Part shown: positions 23,601 to 36,300 of the stretch, in pieces | How the letters are laid out: each line of letters begins with the position of its first letter | Position numbering within the stretch: position 1 is the first letter of the stretch | Source of the DNA: Fimbriosthenelais zetlandica | Lineage: Eukaryota | DNA length: 64,000 bases | Reading direction: 5' to 3' | NCBI GenBank assembly: GCA_977030845.1 | Contig: OZ365116.1 | Coordinates: 19,716,001 to 19,780,000, forward strand | Translations under genes and position numbers: made by a program | The notes under the pieces: model-generated | What the model was told of the DNA's origin: nothing | The model's database searches: none | What the model saw: only the letters and a program-made list of their open reading frames with translations

Positions 23601-26600
23601 CCACCTTCTAACCTCCCATTCCAATCATTCCTCCCAATTTCTCAGCCTTTCAATTGCTCATATAAATGTTTCCGTAGCAACCTATTTCTCCTGTTTGTAA
23701 ATATTAGAATGATTAGTGAGTAGTGCCATGTGCTGAAAGGGGGAGAGACGAAATCCAATTGGCGGAACCTAATTGTAGGCCAATACCAGGCTCCTTCTCT
23801 GAGCAAATTAGGGCCACCTGCTCCTTAGCATGAATGATGCCTAAGATAATATAGCCATTTAGTTGCACATTTGGTCCAAGTGAAATAACCAGAGTACGTA
23901 ATTATCTCCTAATCATGTTCATGAGCAAAAGGTTTATTCCTTGCACTTAAAGGTATCATTTTGGTAACAGACTACATCACCAGTGTTGCAGAGAGGTACA
24001 CTTATTAGTGGGTTCCTCTCTTACTGATATCTTCTCACTACAGGAATTCTGTTAGACACATCTGTTCCTCCACAAAGATCAAAGTCCATTAGATGTGAGA
24101 TGTGCCGTCAGTTTCAATTGAACTTCCGCGGTAATTATGCCCCAGGCTAATGTATTCATATACTAGTCTTCCCCTGGGCTGAATAACATCAAAGCTTACA
24201 AATATAGAGGTGCAACCCTCAAATCCGATTGTAAGTACCATTGAAGTTAACAGAAAAGGAAGAATAGTTATTGAATTACTTAATGCTTCCTTGAACCACT
24301 ATTATCCATTGCCAATGGAAATCCTGTATATGTTAGGTTATGAGTTCAGAGACAAGTTCCAAAAGCCAGGGACATTATGTCTCTTGGGTTCCAGTGTATG
24401 TATGTTCTCGGGTACTGGGTTCAGTAGGTCTGTATCCTTGGAGACTACCCAAGATGAAGTGAGTAGCTCACATCCTGAGGAGCAGTTCAGGAAGTATGAG
24501 AGTGGGAGAGAGGAGGAGGAAGGGCTGGCTGCTTGGTCGATTGACTGGGGCTCTCCCTTCAGTGTGTGAGGAGAGCGAGCCCTCCACTGGCTTTATACAG
24601 ACTCTAGAGGGCCTAGTTCTGATATAAGGTAAAGTGTAGGGAGGTCCCCATCTCTATCACTCTGACATTAACCATCCTTGCCAGGCAGAGCCTTCAGTGA
24701 TGTATACAGATTATACCAGAGTGCTGCATGTTCATCTATATCCCCTAAGGGCGTCACACATGTCTGGTTCCCTCCAAACCGAACCACGTTTGATTTTTAA
24801 TTCTCAAAAATAATTTGCTGAAAATACTAGAGGATGGCATGACATCAGATGATCAGAGGAGCAGAAATGTAACAAGAGATAATCGATCATTTACAGTGAA
24901 ATGTGGAAAACTTCCATTTTGCCCCACTTTTACTCCAGAGTGAAAATAGCACCTCAAACAGTGACTTGTTGTGGTGAATTCCATACCGTTAAATGAGCAC
25001 CACATCTCTCACCTCGACTTGGGATCCACAAGATTTGGCAAGGGCCCAGGTCACGCTCAACAAGAGAGAGGAGGAGTAGGAGGAGGCGTGGAAGGTGGAG
25101 GGAGGATGGGCCACCTGACAACACAAAGTACCGTATACATCCAATGAAACAACAGGCACTTTAGTCTGTCAATGCGGGGATATCTAAAAGTGGTGGTATT
25201 CGATTAATGTGACAGTAAAAGACAGTCAAAATCTAATAGTTGTCAGGACCAAATACCCAACAATTAAAGGTGTCGATAATACCATTCTTATATAGACAGT
25301 TCTACTTCATCCCAAAATACAAAATCTCATTTTATACTCTTTTTGCGTTACAGAATATTCACCATGGAAAGAGGAATGGAAAACATTTGAAGGCTCTCAG
25401 AAATCGGTTCATGGAAAGTCTATAACGTTCCCAGGGATGTTAAGTGAAATAAAAAGGTCACCACAACCTTCCCTTCAGACCTTAAATAAATTAACTTTGG
25501 ACTGGAGCGTTTAAGTAACAGCCGAGCATTTGAAACCAACTAAACATGTAACATTTCACCACAATTCAGTTCTCAGCTTTATGCTTTAAAAATAATCTAG
25601 ACCCGCCTACAAGGATAAATCTAAACCATTCAGGTCTTCCCAGGGGCCTCGCATTTAATTCATTCCTTGTATAATATTCATAAAACTTAAAGCTTTTTGT
25701 GCAAATTTCAATCATTATAATTGAGGTAATACTCCCGGATTATTGGGAAGGTGGTTTGGAAATATAAAGCACATTGTACGTGAGGAATTAAGACTTACTT
25801 AAAAGTAATATGAACCTATACAGACTTCTCCAATTTTTATATAATAAATTACCTTTTATGCGAGATACTGAAGTGATATCAATGTCACTATATATTCCCA
25901 GTAATGTAGTGAAATTCAAAGGGAAACAAAACGTTAAGTATAAATCCAGATTAATTTTAAGATTAAGGGATATTCAGTAGACAAGGTCCTATTGAGAGCA
26001 AATGATTAACAATTTCAACAACATTGAAGGTCATTAGATAAAGTGAATGTGGAGTTTTTTTTCATGGGGATGCATGGGAGTTTAAAAATGGGATCATGCG
26101 GGTCTTTTAGAACTCACTGGGGGAAACATCAGGTTTGCAGATCAAAATGAAGATTATCCCTAAGTTCTAGACATCTCAAAGGAGACAATTAATCCTACAA
26201 TGGTGGTTAAACGTAGATTATTGTGACTAAAAAATCAAATTAACTACATAGTTGTCTGATAATTCCTGATATATAATTGGCTTTAAATAATGGGATCCCA
26301 ATTTATAATGACCCTGTGATTGTTTCAAAATAATGACCATTGTCAGTGAACCTATAATTAACCAGGAATGTACAAGGGAAACATATTATTACTTCTTTTT
26401 CTACCTCATAAATATTCATAAACTAAGGCCCATACCAAGTAGAAGTTCCACATTTGATCCATTCCATGAATGGCAGTGGGACCATACCCTCATTAGGCAT
26501 ACATAGTGGATCTAGACCTTCTAGAGGTCTGGAGGCGGGACAGGAGGAATGTGAAGTGGTTGTTTATAGTTTGACCTGTATAAATATATAGGTAGTCAGT

Positions 26601-27519
26601 CACAGGGTGATGACCAGGGTCAGTTAGAGAATCTACACCATTCAGGGGCCAACTTTCACCTCCCAAAGTCAAAATTCTCCCATTCTTTTGCAAGAAATTT
26701 CACACCCTACAACAATTTTCAGTCAAGAAACTAAGAATGGACGTGGTACAGGGAGAAAAGAGGATAAAGATTAAACCCCTTTCTTCCACGGGTTTGTAAA
26801 TGAAGTTATTTCAACCATGCGATGAACAGATTAAGATTAAGGTAGGTGAAGGTAGGGGGACGTTTGGTCTACCATGTCATTATCCTATCACTAGATAATG
26901 CCCATTGTCCACACCGAGGGTATTGTTACAACAAACTTTTAGCCCCTAACATGCCCCGTGACACCGCAGCCTCGGTCTGGAAACCGCAAGGTCACGTGCC
27001 CCCACTTCCCAGGGTCAGCAGATATCTAGAGCTCAAAAGGTTGCAATGTTTAGTGGTTTTAGGCTATTTTGTTTCCTTAGAGCAAGCTTCAAGGGTATTA
27101 ACATGGAGAGTAACATTATAGTGAGGGAAATGTCTGAAATAAAAGGTGGTTTACCAGGAGAACACTGTAGTGTACCCTATCTGATTTGAATTCACTCACT
27201 GGTCAAAATACAAAAAGAGCAAAAGTGGCCGTCATAATTTCAGTCGAGATCCAAAGGTATTTCCAATACCACTCATTATTTTGAAAAACGAATGTTCAAG
27301 TTGGTTTATTCAACTTCTACCACAGCTTTACATGATAGAGTTTTCGGGTTGTGAATGAACCTCTTAAATTTGAACTCCAAATAATATTAAAATGATTCAG
27401 TGACATTTGAATGCAGATTATTTACAGGAAAATATTCACAGCAAATAAACAACATACAATAATGAGTCAATACTTTGGAGAGAACTATACAGGCCTTCAG
27501 TTTTGAAGATAAGTAATTA

Positions 27520-28070
27520 GAACATTCAACATTTTTATGAACCAGTGATAGGAAGATTGAACATGTGATTTTCATGAGATAGTGATTATTTATAGCTCAT
27601 GGTCTTTTGTATGAATCAGTGATTGAAACATTCAGCAAACTGTTTTTATGAATCTATTATTGGAATATTCAGAAAGTAGTTTTTATGAATCAATTATTGA
27701 GACACACAACAAGTAGTTCTTATGAATCAGTGATTGAAACATACAGCAATTCTTTTTTAGGAATCATTACTTCGAACATTCAGTAAGTAGGTTTTTTGCA
27801 TCAGTGATTGGAACATGTAGCAAGACACTCGTTATTCAACAAATAGCGATTTATAGATCAGTGATTGGAACATTCAATTGGAACATTTAGTAAGCATTTT
27901 TTTATGAATCAGTGATATAAGTATGTAGTAAGTAGTTTTAGGAATCAGTGTCTGTGATTTCATCCTTCAGTAAGTTTTTATAAATCAGTTTTTATAAATC
28001 AGTGATCGAAATATTCAGTAATCAGTTTTTATGAATCAGTGATTGGATGATTCAGTAGTTTTTATAATGA
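27520..28070. repeat. Degenerate 37-bp minisatellite (consensus about TTTTTATGAATCAGTGATTGGAACATTCAGTAAGTAG), roughly 12-14 units
   Basis: Exact atgaatcagtga at 27611, 27722 (111 bp = 3 x 37 later), 27904 and 28031, with degenerate copies between. Confidence 0.85.
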
Positions 28071-30699
28071 AGCAGTCAGTTGAGGAATGAGTGGAGCTGT
28101 TTATCTTCTGATGAAGGACAGTGTCTCTATATTGATGTTATTTTGAGTGTAATCTCCCGTTCAGCTTGACAGGAGTGATTGATCATCAAGAGACAGAGAC
28201 AGAGGACCCCATGGCTGATCATGTGCCACTGAAGCCCAATACCTACAGCACCAAACAAATGACACGTCCTGAAAGGTGAAAAGATTCTCTGACGGTGAGA
28301 AAAATAGGGAAAATATTGGAATCAAAAGATAATTCATCTGCTGTCAGGTAGGTGGTAGCCATCCCAAATATAACCAGCCTGTTCCTTACAAGGACGGTTT
28401 TGTGAAAAGTAAGAAGAAAAATTTTCCCCTTTTTACCTCGGATTAACCTTAGTTTGACCTCTAGTTATTTGACCTCTGGTGGTGCAGTAATGCAATGCCA
28501 AATTGCCAAAGGCAATGACGTGAGGCAAAGAAGTGATATATCTGGTTAAAATAACCAACTGTTTTTTTGTCCTCAATGATAAACTTCATAAGCACAAGTT
28601 GTTAAAAGGGGCAGAGAAAGGGTGACAACAGAACAAGTGAACATGAACCAACCAAACCATTAGTTAAAATGTTACGTTTTAGTCAGGTTGAATAACTAAG
28701 AGTTAGTAAGGGGAAATATTTAATAATATTTCTCTTACTTTTCCTCTTTGGCCTTTTCACTGAAACGAGAGATACAAATATAAATTTAAAGAAAGGTATT
28801 GAAACGTATAATATTTGATTTATAGTGCATTTAGGTTAATTTTATGGGGGAAGTGGGTGGGGTAAATATGACATATGTAGTGATAGGTTAGTGAGAAGGA
28901 GGCCTTATTTTACTGATGGATGGGCCAACAATTGACAGGGGTGGAGTGTGATTACAGCGACTTGTGTCTGTGTGTGTTTCGATCCCGGCTCGTAATTCAT
29001 ATTTGATTTATGCCTCTCACAGACCTCTATAGCCACACACGCTGCTTGTCTATATTATGCAGGAAACCACCATCTCTAGAAGCAACAATATACAGTCTAC
29101 CTCATCCTTAACTTGCATAAGTCCGGAGAACTATATTATTTCTTCACCATTTATCAAATATTTAAAAAGTCACTGCTACCATAAAGTTCAATTTGATGGC
29201 CACTATGTTTTTTAATCGCACCAGGAAGTGACGTTTACTGTGTAGCTGAAATCTGACCAATCAATTCCTGCTTGCTAGCTAGTTCTGATCTGTACAAAGA
29301 TGGCCTCTAATGGACAATTGACTTCTCACTACTGGGACAACAGACAACTATGTCTTTGTGCGAAGAAGTATCTAAGTTCAGACCTATTTCGTAAAATAAC
29401 TTTATACCTAGACTTTGTGTTTTATATCCTTTATAACGGACCCCAAGTCTGTCACTTCCTTTAATTTAGTGACACAAATAGATAGTGTGTTTTCCAGTGA
29501 ATACCCTTGCTAAGGCATCTATTAGCTCTCAATATAAATATATAAGGATACTCTCAAAACTTCCTGCTGAAGTTCTGTTCTTGAACATAATGAAGAATGA
29601 TGGAAATTTACAGCTACTTTCGACATTCTCGCCAGGCCAGCACACTAACACCCATTTACACATGTAACCCCTCTGCCTGCCATGTCAATAAAGTCTTTTC
29701 ACAATTAATGTACGAGAAAGTGAAGGCGACCAAATACATTTCAACCAGGATCAGCTGCAGGATAGCGGGCTGGTGAAGTTCCCTTCTATCCTTCATGAAA
29801 GTATTATCATAGACATGTGCTAGCCACTTATCCCTCTAAACAATTTCCCTTGATATTTTTTCCTCAGTCTTCAGATACTTATATATAGATCAACCATAGG
29901 ATTTGAAATGTTTTTCTCCTGGCTTCTGTTACCTTCATATGAATTCACACCTGAGCAAATACCAGTGTAATGATGCTTGCTATTTGCTGGTATTCATTAC
30001 AGTAAGGAGGCAGATTTGATTTCATTTCACCTAAAATGGTCACTTTTTAAAAATCATCACTCACACATGAGGAATGCCTAAGAAAACAGTTGCTTTTGAC
30101 TGCATCACCTGCGGTGAAGCTCTTGGTCAAATATCAAAAGCTATATTGTATCAAGGAGCAACCTGTGTCACCAAGGATAAAACGTTCACATTTTGTGTGT
30201 AGAGAGATTGCCTATTGCCACCTCACGCCTATAGCCTTCCTGGTGAGTGCTAAATGGATTCAATGCTTTAAAATAACAGCACTTGCCCAAGTAAATTCAT
30301 AGGACAATCCATGAGAAATATTGGTGATGAGAGCTGATCGATAGCTAATTATGTCTGGTGGGTGGGTGGTAGGGTGTAGCAGGCTGGGTGGTATATAGGA
30401 GGGTATGAGATCCCTTTGCCCATGTAATAAAAGTTTTGTATTTGGAAAACAAGTTCCCACCAATTTTTAACTTTCTCTCGGTCTGGTGTTGAAGCAATTC
30501 TTTGCAACATTTGTTAAGCTTTAGCTGAAGGAATAAAGATTCAGTTGGTGGCATGGTTGGTGGGCTAAAGGCTCCATGAAAGGATCTAATGAATTCAACT
30601 GACAATGATAAATCTGTTCCCAGCACTGTTCACACAAACTTCAGTTTTTGCCTATTCTGCAGTATATATTTATTTAAAAAGACCCTGCTTCATGAAGTC

Positions 30700-31030
30700 A
30701 GAGACGTTTATAACCCAGCTGAATTCCACATCTAAGTTCTTATAACGGTATTCTTGGCTTAGAATTCAGTTTTATTGATTTAACTTCTCTTCTGACTTCC
30801 AGAGAGACAATACTGAATCTCCACTGGCATTCACGGAATAAAAGGAGGATGGTTGTCATCGATACCAGTCTAATTAAAGTGGACTTCAAGTCTCTCAACT
30901 CCCAGAGAGCCTCCATAAAGGCAATCAGGTCTTCACTCTATTGTTCCACAGGATGAAGAGTCCATTTGATGGCAGTTTCTGAACTGTGGCGGAATGCTAT
31001 AGATCTACAACCCCATTCAATCATATTCTC
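30700..31030 (-). mobile_element. Possible highly decayed L2/CR1-like RT fragment
   Basis: AFRHSSETAI (30968-30997) resembles the RT motif S.FR..HSTETAL; a CGI remnant lies about 250 nt downstream, roughly where GVPQG would be expected. Very degenerate. Confidence 0.4.
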
Positions 31031-33292
31031 TCATGTATTTCTGGCCAATATTGACTATGTAATATTCACGCCGAGGTTATGTATGGGTTATAAGATAACC
31101 ATGATATTCCATAATGTTATAGAACTCATATCTTGAGAATTAATCAAGGGATATGCTAATAGAAAAGGGCTTATTTTAATTGTGAGATCTAGACCTTTCC
31201 CAAGTGAAAGTAATTCAATGGTTGCAGACAATAGCACGGGAAGATGTCTTTGAAATGGAAATGAATTTCATGCATCCCGTCTCCAGTCTCCACATTGGTA
31301 AAATTCATCTGTGAAGGCAATCATCGAAGGCTACGCTTCCGAATCTATTGTTAAGGGACCTAACCGAGATTCTTGAGTAGGGAGGGTTTTTGTTACCGTT
31401 CTATCCCCAAAGCAAGTGTGAGGAAAATCAATGTTCTTGATTGGCTTTCCTGTCAGATTCAATGAAGAGCTTCAGAGTTAAGATTCCATTTCAAATAGCT
31501 GGACAGAATTCCATTTCAGGAAATGGTAACTCCTCATAAGTATTATTCTCGCACTTAAAGCGAGTAATGTACACAGTAATGCAATCTACGATGAAGAGAG
31601 AAGACTGTTGGGATTCAAGTTCTTTAAAGTCATGGCCCTATACAGCCTGCAGCTATAGTCACTTCCAGAGATATCAAATGAAAATTTGTAAAAGAACGTT
31701 TCACTTTCGCACCTAATCATAAATCAAAGCTGTGCAAAACAACATAGGCCAAATGAGCCGCTAAACAGGTGGCCAAGGTGTAAAGTAATAGTCTACTTGT
31801 TGTTCCCCTCTGACAGATTTACACGTGTATATATAGCCAGGATAAAACAGAGGCGAGTGGTATGTAGTGTAGATGGTTATAAATTAGAGCAGCGTGTTAA
31901 TTAGACATGGAAAAGTCAACAGCAGCCGTCTGGGTGGTCCATCTACCTGTCACAACATGACATGTAAAAAAGGTCATAATTCAGACGTCACCTGTTGACG
32001 TGCTGGCAACGTCTGAACGTCTGGACATTCTGACGACTGACAGCTATTGACGCAAGCGCTTATAGACAGGCTGTCACATTAGGAAGATAAAGATCTGGTA
32101 ATGATATGTTAATGCTCTTTGTAATGGTTTTTGTGACGGTGTAGTTTTAAAGGGAGTGTTTCATGTCATTAATCTGACGGATGATTAGCCCGAGATGTTA
32201 GAAAAGGTGAATATTTATAAACTAGACACTAGAAACAATCCTCCTGGTAATTTGAAAATACCCAACAGTCCTGGTTATCTTAAAGGTGGTTATATATATC
32301 ACGAATCATGCATTATATCAAAGGGAAAAAGTCCATAAAATTCTATAAATCTATAAATATCGAATGGGTTCATACAGGGCACATGGACGGAGATAAGAGG
32401 AAGCTCTTGTATCAAAATTGTATATCACATTGATCGGAATAATTATGATGGTCCTCATTTTTTTCATATGATGCCTGATGACAGGAAGTTGGCATGCAAC
32501 GTATTACATGCATCGGGATGAAACATTGTTGGCCCAACAATGCACATCACTGTGAAAAGCAATTACTAACTGAGAAAATAACTACATATGACAGTCTAGA
32601 GCAACCTTTCACCTCCGATTCCAAACTTAATTGCAACATTAGAGGTGTAAATAGATCATGCGAGTGTCAGATGGGATGTGGAGCCTTCTGTAGACACATC
32701 ACTGGTGGGTGTCATGTACATAGTAGCCGGGTGTTACTTGTGAGTCCAATACCATCACGTCATTCAAATTTTGGGTGCTCATAACAAATTCATTAAACAT
32801 TAAACCACTACAGTACTTATTTCAATATCAATTTTCAAGACATGCTTTTATTAGTTCTCCTCAACATGTATTTTCATTTTGGCCATTATTTTCTAAATAT
32901 TAAGTTCAAATTCCCACTGTGAATTTTGCCGTATACTCCCCTTGAAATAGTACAAATTCGCAATCAGTAGCTCATTTCTACAACATAACTATATTAGGTG
33001 CACTACAGAAAACCAAACAAGGAAAATAATGGCCTTTTTACCATTCAATTTTCCGCAAAATTTCTTCAGAAAGACATCAAAAGCGTGAGGAGGGTTGGGT
33101 TGGAATGAATGCCAATACGCTACAGCAATCTAGCTTCAGCAATCAGCAGCAGCAAGGCCAATGGGTTGAATACATTGATAACGAGTATCTAATCTGATGG
33201 GACAGTATGTGAGGGAAGGACCATAATGACAACACCACGGATACTACACACAAATACACACACGAGTGAAGAAAGTCTGAGAAGGCACTTAC

Positions 33293-33334
33293 CCACTGTG
33301 GTCACTGTGATACTGCAAACCATGCCGAACATAC
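33293..33334 (-). CDS. Candidate 42-nt cassette exon of NAV: (R)YVRHGLQYHSDHS(G)
   Basis: Acceptor ttctctttctatttgcag|G, donor GG|gtaagt; length divisible by 3; stop-free in the phase-2 frame of the host intron. No homology or transcript support available. Confidence 0.5.
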
Positions 33335-36300
33335 CTGCAAATAGAAAGAGAACATCTCATTAAAGACGGATTCAATTTCATTAAAAATATTCAAAATAAA
33401 ACATAAAATAATGAAGGATCTGTGATGTTGCACATCCAATATCATGAGAACAAGAATTGATAAATTTTTTTAATGAATAACTTTGAAATCTTGTCTGCTA
33501 AAAACTGATGGTGCAGGAGGGTGGTATCCAATAAAAAGGTATCTAATAAACTAAACAGGAAATCACATCTAAATCTCTGAGGTGGTCTTGCTGCTATCAG
33601 CTGGGATCTCCAAAACATCAGTTATTGAATTGCACATGTGTATATTTTCCAAAGAAGACAAACACGGCCCGAAAGACAACTCTACAGTCTCTGTCTTCTG
33701 CCTCCAGGGAACCTCTACACACAAGCCAAGTCAGTGGTCCCTGGGTACTAATCATAGACATTTACATTCAATTCTCCCCCTCCTTATCTCTCCCATACAT
33801 CTCTTACTCACTGCATTGGAACAGATTTAAATCAACTTCCTCATGCATATATACAGACCCAGAGACTCCTGATGGTGGTCCTCTCCCATTAAATTACATT
33901 ACACCACCAGTAGTCACAAAGTCACTGGCAGACGCTCAACAATTTGCAGGTTGATAAAAAATATTCAACTGTTCTAAGATATAGCTTTTTCCCCCAACAG
34001 ATCTCACTCAAGCTGTCATTAAAGAGCACCAAAATAACTCTAAAAGAGTTATATATTATGATACTTTCAGTATCCATGAGAGTTGGTGGGAAACAGACTG
34101 GTAGAGGAGTAATTGCTAGCGACTATATGGTCTGGGATTTGTCCAGAGACTTTTCAAATGGCAGATGAGACAAAAATGTGAAGCAAGTTGCGAGTTGGGA
34201 CTAGAAGGTCTGAGTTAGCACCAGAGGCGACATTTCTCCAAAGAATCTCACACATTTTAACCTGCCTCTGGGAATACCACAGCTAGCCTTGATTTCCTCA
34301 TCTCCAGGGCTATAAGATTACATAGACTTGAGTGTATATTGACTGTAAAATCTATTACAATATACGTTCACCCAAAAAACATGGCTGTTCCTTTGAGAGC
34401 AAAGTGCCAATTATTCCTCTGGGGAATGACGAACACAGTTTATACGTAGGTAAATACTTCATATATACTGATGATGGTATCCACTCTTGAAATGATTTTG
34501 ATAATGCATGAATATATTCTAAGTCAATCCTTCCCAGAGGAATAGACACGGGACTTCTTGTCTAGCTTAGGGACTGGGTCCATCCTTCTTTATATATGGC
34601 TGGCAAGATAGCCTTATTCTGCCATACACTTCAATTAAGGATACAGCGACCAGGCAACCAGCTCTTATCTCCCATAGACAAGTAATAAGAATGGGATGGC
34701 GTTGTCATAGCAACATGCCTTTCCTGCAAATTTGCAAAGTCTTTTCTAGACATTTCATCTGGAGCAAAAATCACCGCGGTATTTGGTACAATATCACCAC
34801 GGTTTTCATAAAAGAGATAAGAATAAATACACAAATATTACCAAATAAAATGGCTCATAACGAATATCTCCCAAAGACAATTCGTCACTATAGAGATGAG
34901 TGAGTATCCTAGCACTGAACGTACTATAGGAGCAACAGAAGTACATGGAGCCATGCATTATAGAGGAGGAGCTGGCTAGAGTTTAGAGATCCTGGCTATA
35001 GGGGCAGTCTGCCAGTTCTATATGTACAATACACGTCTGGATGCCTCCATCTCTCTTATTGTACCACACGTCCAGACTTCTGCTGCCACGAGTCCCACAT
35101 TGGACATGAACCAGGCAGACATTTCAGCCATGGACAAGACGCTCGGTCAGGCCTCATCTCATTCTATCCCTGCCAGCATTGACCAGTACACAGTAGTAAG
35201 AAGCTTACCAGTCCCAGGTCCAATGATGAACTGGCCTTGATGATCAACTTGCCTATATTCCCTGGCTGCTCATACTCCCCCTTCATACACTATTAATAAG
35301 GTAATTTCTCCTCCCCTGGGACTGGATTATGACGTATCAAGTCAACTCATAACACCTGACAGGCCAAATCTAGCCTTGTGCTCCACCATCTTTCATTTCT
35401 TTTTTCCTTTCAGTTGCCTTCGAGGCAAGGTCATCAATCTCAGCTAGGTGGTCCTCTGAGACCAGAGGGAAAAAGGAAAAAAACAAGAAAAGTCCACACA
35501 AAATATATTTGCCCTGCCAAGGGGGGCTTGGCTTGAAGTCAGGTATTTGGTAAACGCCAGTGACACGTATAGCAGTGTGTAGAGACTGAGGGGCAGGGCA
35601 GGGCCAGGGTCAGGTTCAAATTAAACACTGCTTCATGTTTTATACACACTCGATTTCCCTGATAAAATAGTGTATAGACAAACACAAAACACGTGGATAT
35701 CAGACTTCATATACTGAAAGATCTACAGATAAAAATGGTCTATGTTCTGGGACGATAGTCAACAAGTTGTCAATCACTGAGATTCATTCAATAACAACAA
35801 ATGCTCAGGAGGACATTATTATTCCACTCATAATGTATTTGCTCAAAAATAAGAAATTTTACGTTGAAATTAAAATCTAGAGTTATTTGCTTTGGAACAA
35901 GATTTTGAAGTCACATGATTGATATGACGTTTGGGCACCAGACGACGTCAGACGAAGGCAGAGCCATTAGAAAAAGGTTCATTTAACGACCTTTTCCAGA
36001 GCAGCACACATGGTCATAACCAAGACTTGGGTGATTCAATTAAAGCCATTAGTAGGGAAGCTCCGCCGGAGGGTAACTTCAGACTAGGGGGGAGTTAGAG
36101 CAGCTTTTGCCCACATTACTACTGCTGGACGCCCCGGGCAAGCAACTCCATCAGTCAGGCCATCATCTGCTGCGTCAATAAACCCAACAAATAGAGACAT
36201 AGATCAAGCTTCACATTTCCTACCTCCAGGAAATATACCATTGCAAAATACTGTACTTTTTTCTCTCAAAAGTGTATACTTTTGCAGTTGATATATTGAA

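Noticed and set aside
35000-35150. AEVWT...EMEAS on the minus strand, resembling an RTE-type RT C-terminus
   Set aside because: Too few conserved residues to separate from chance.
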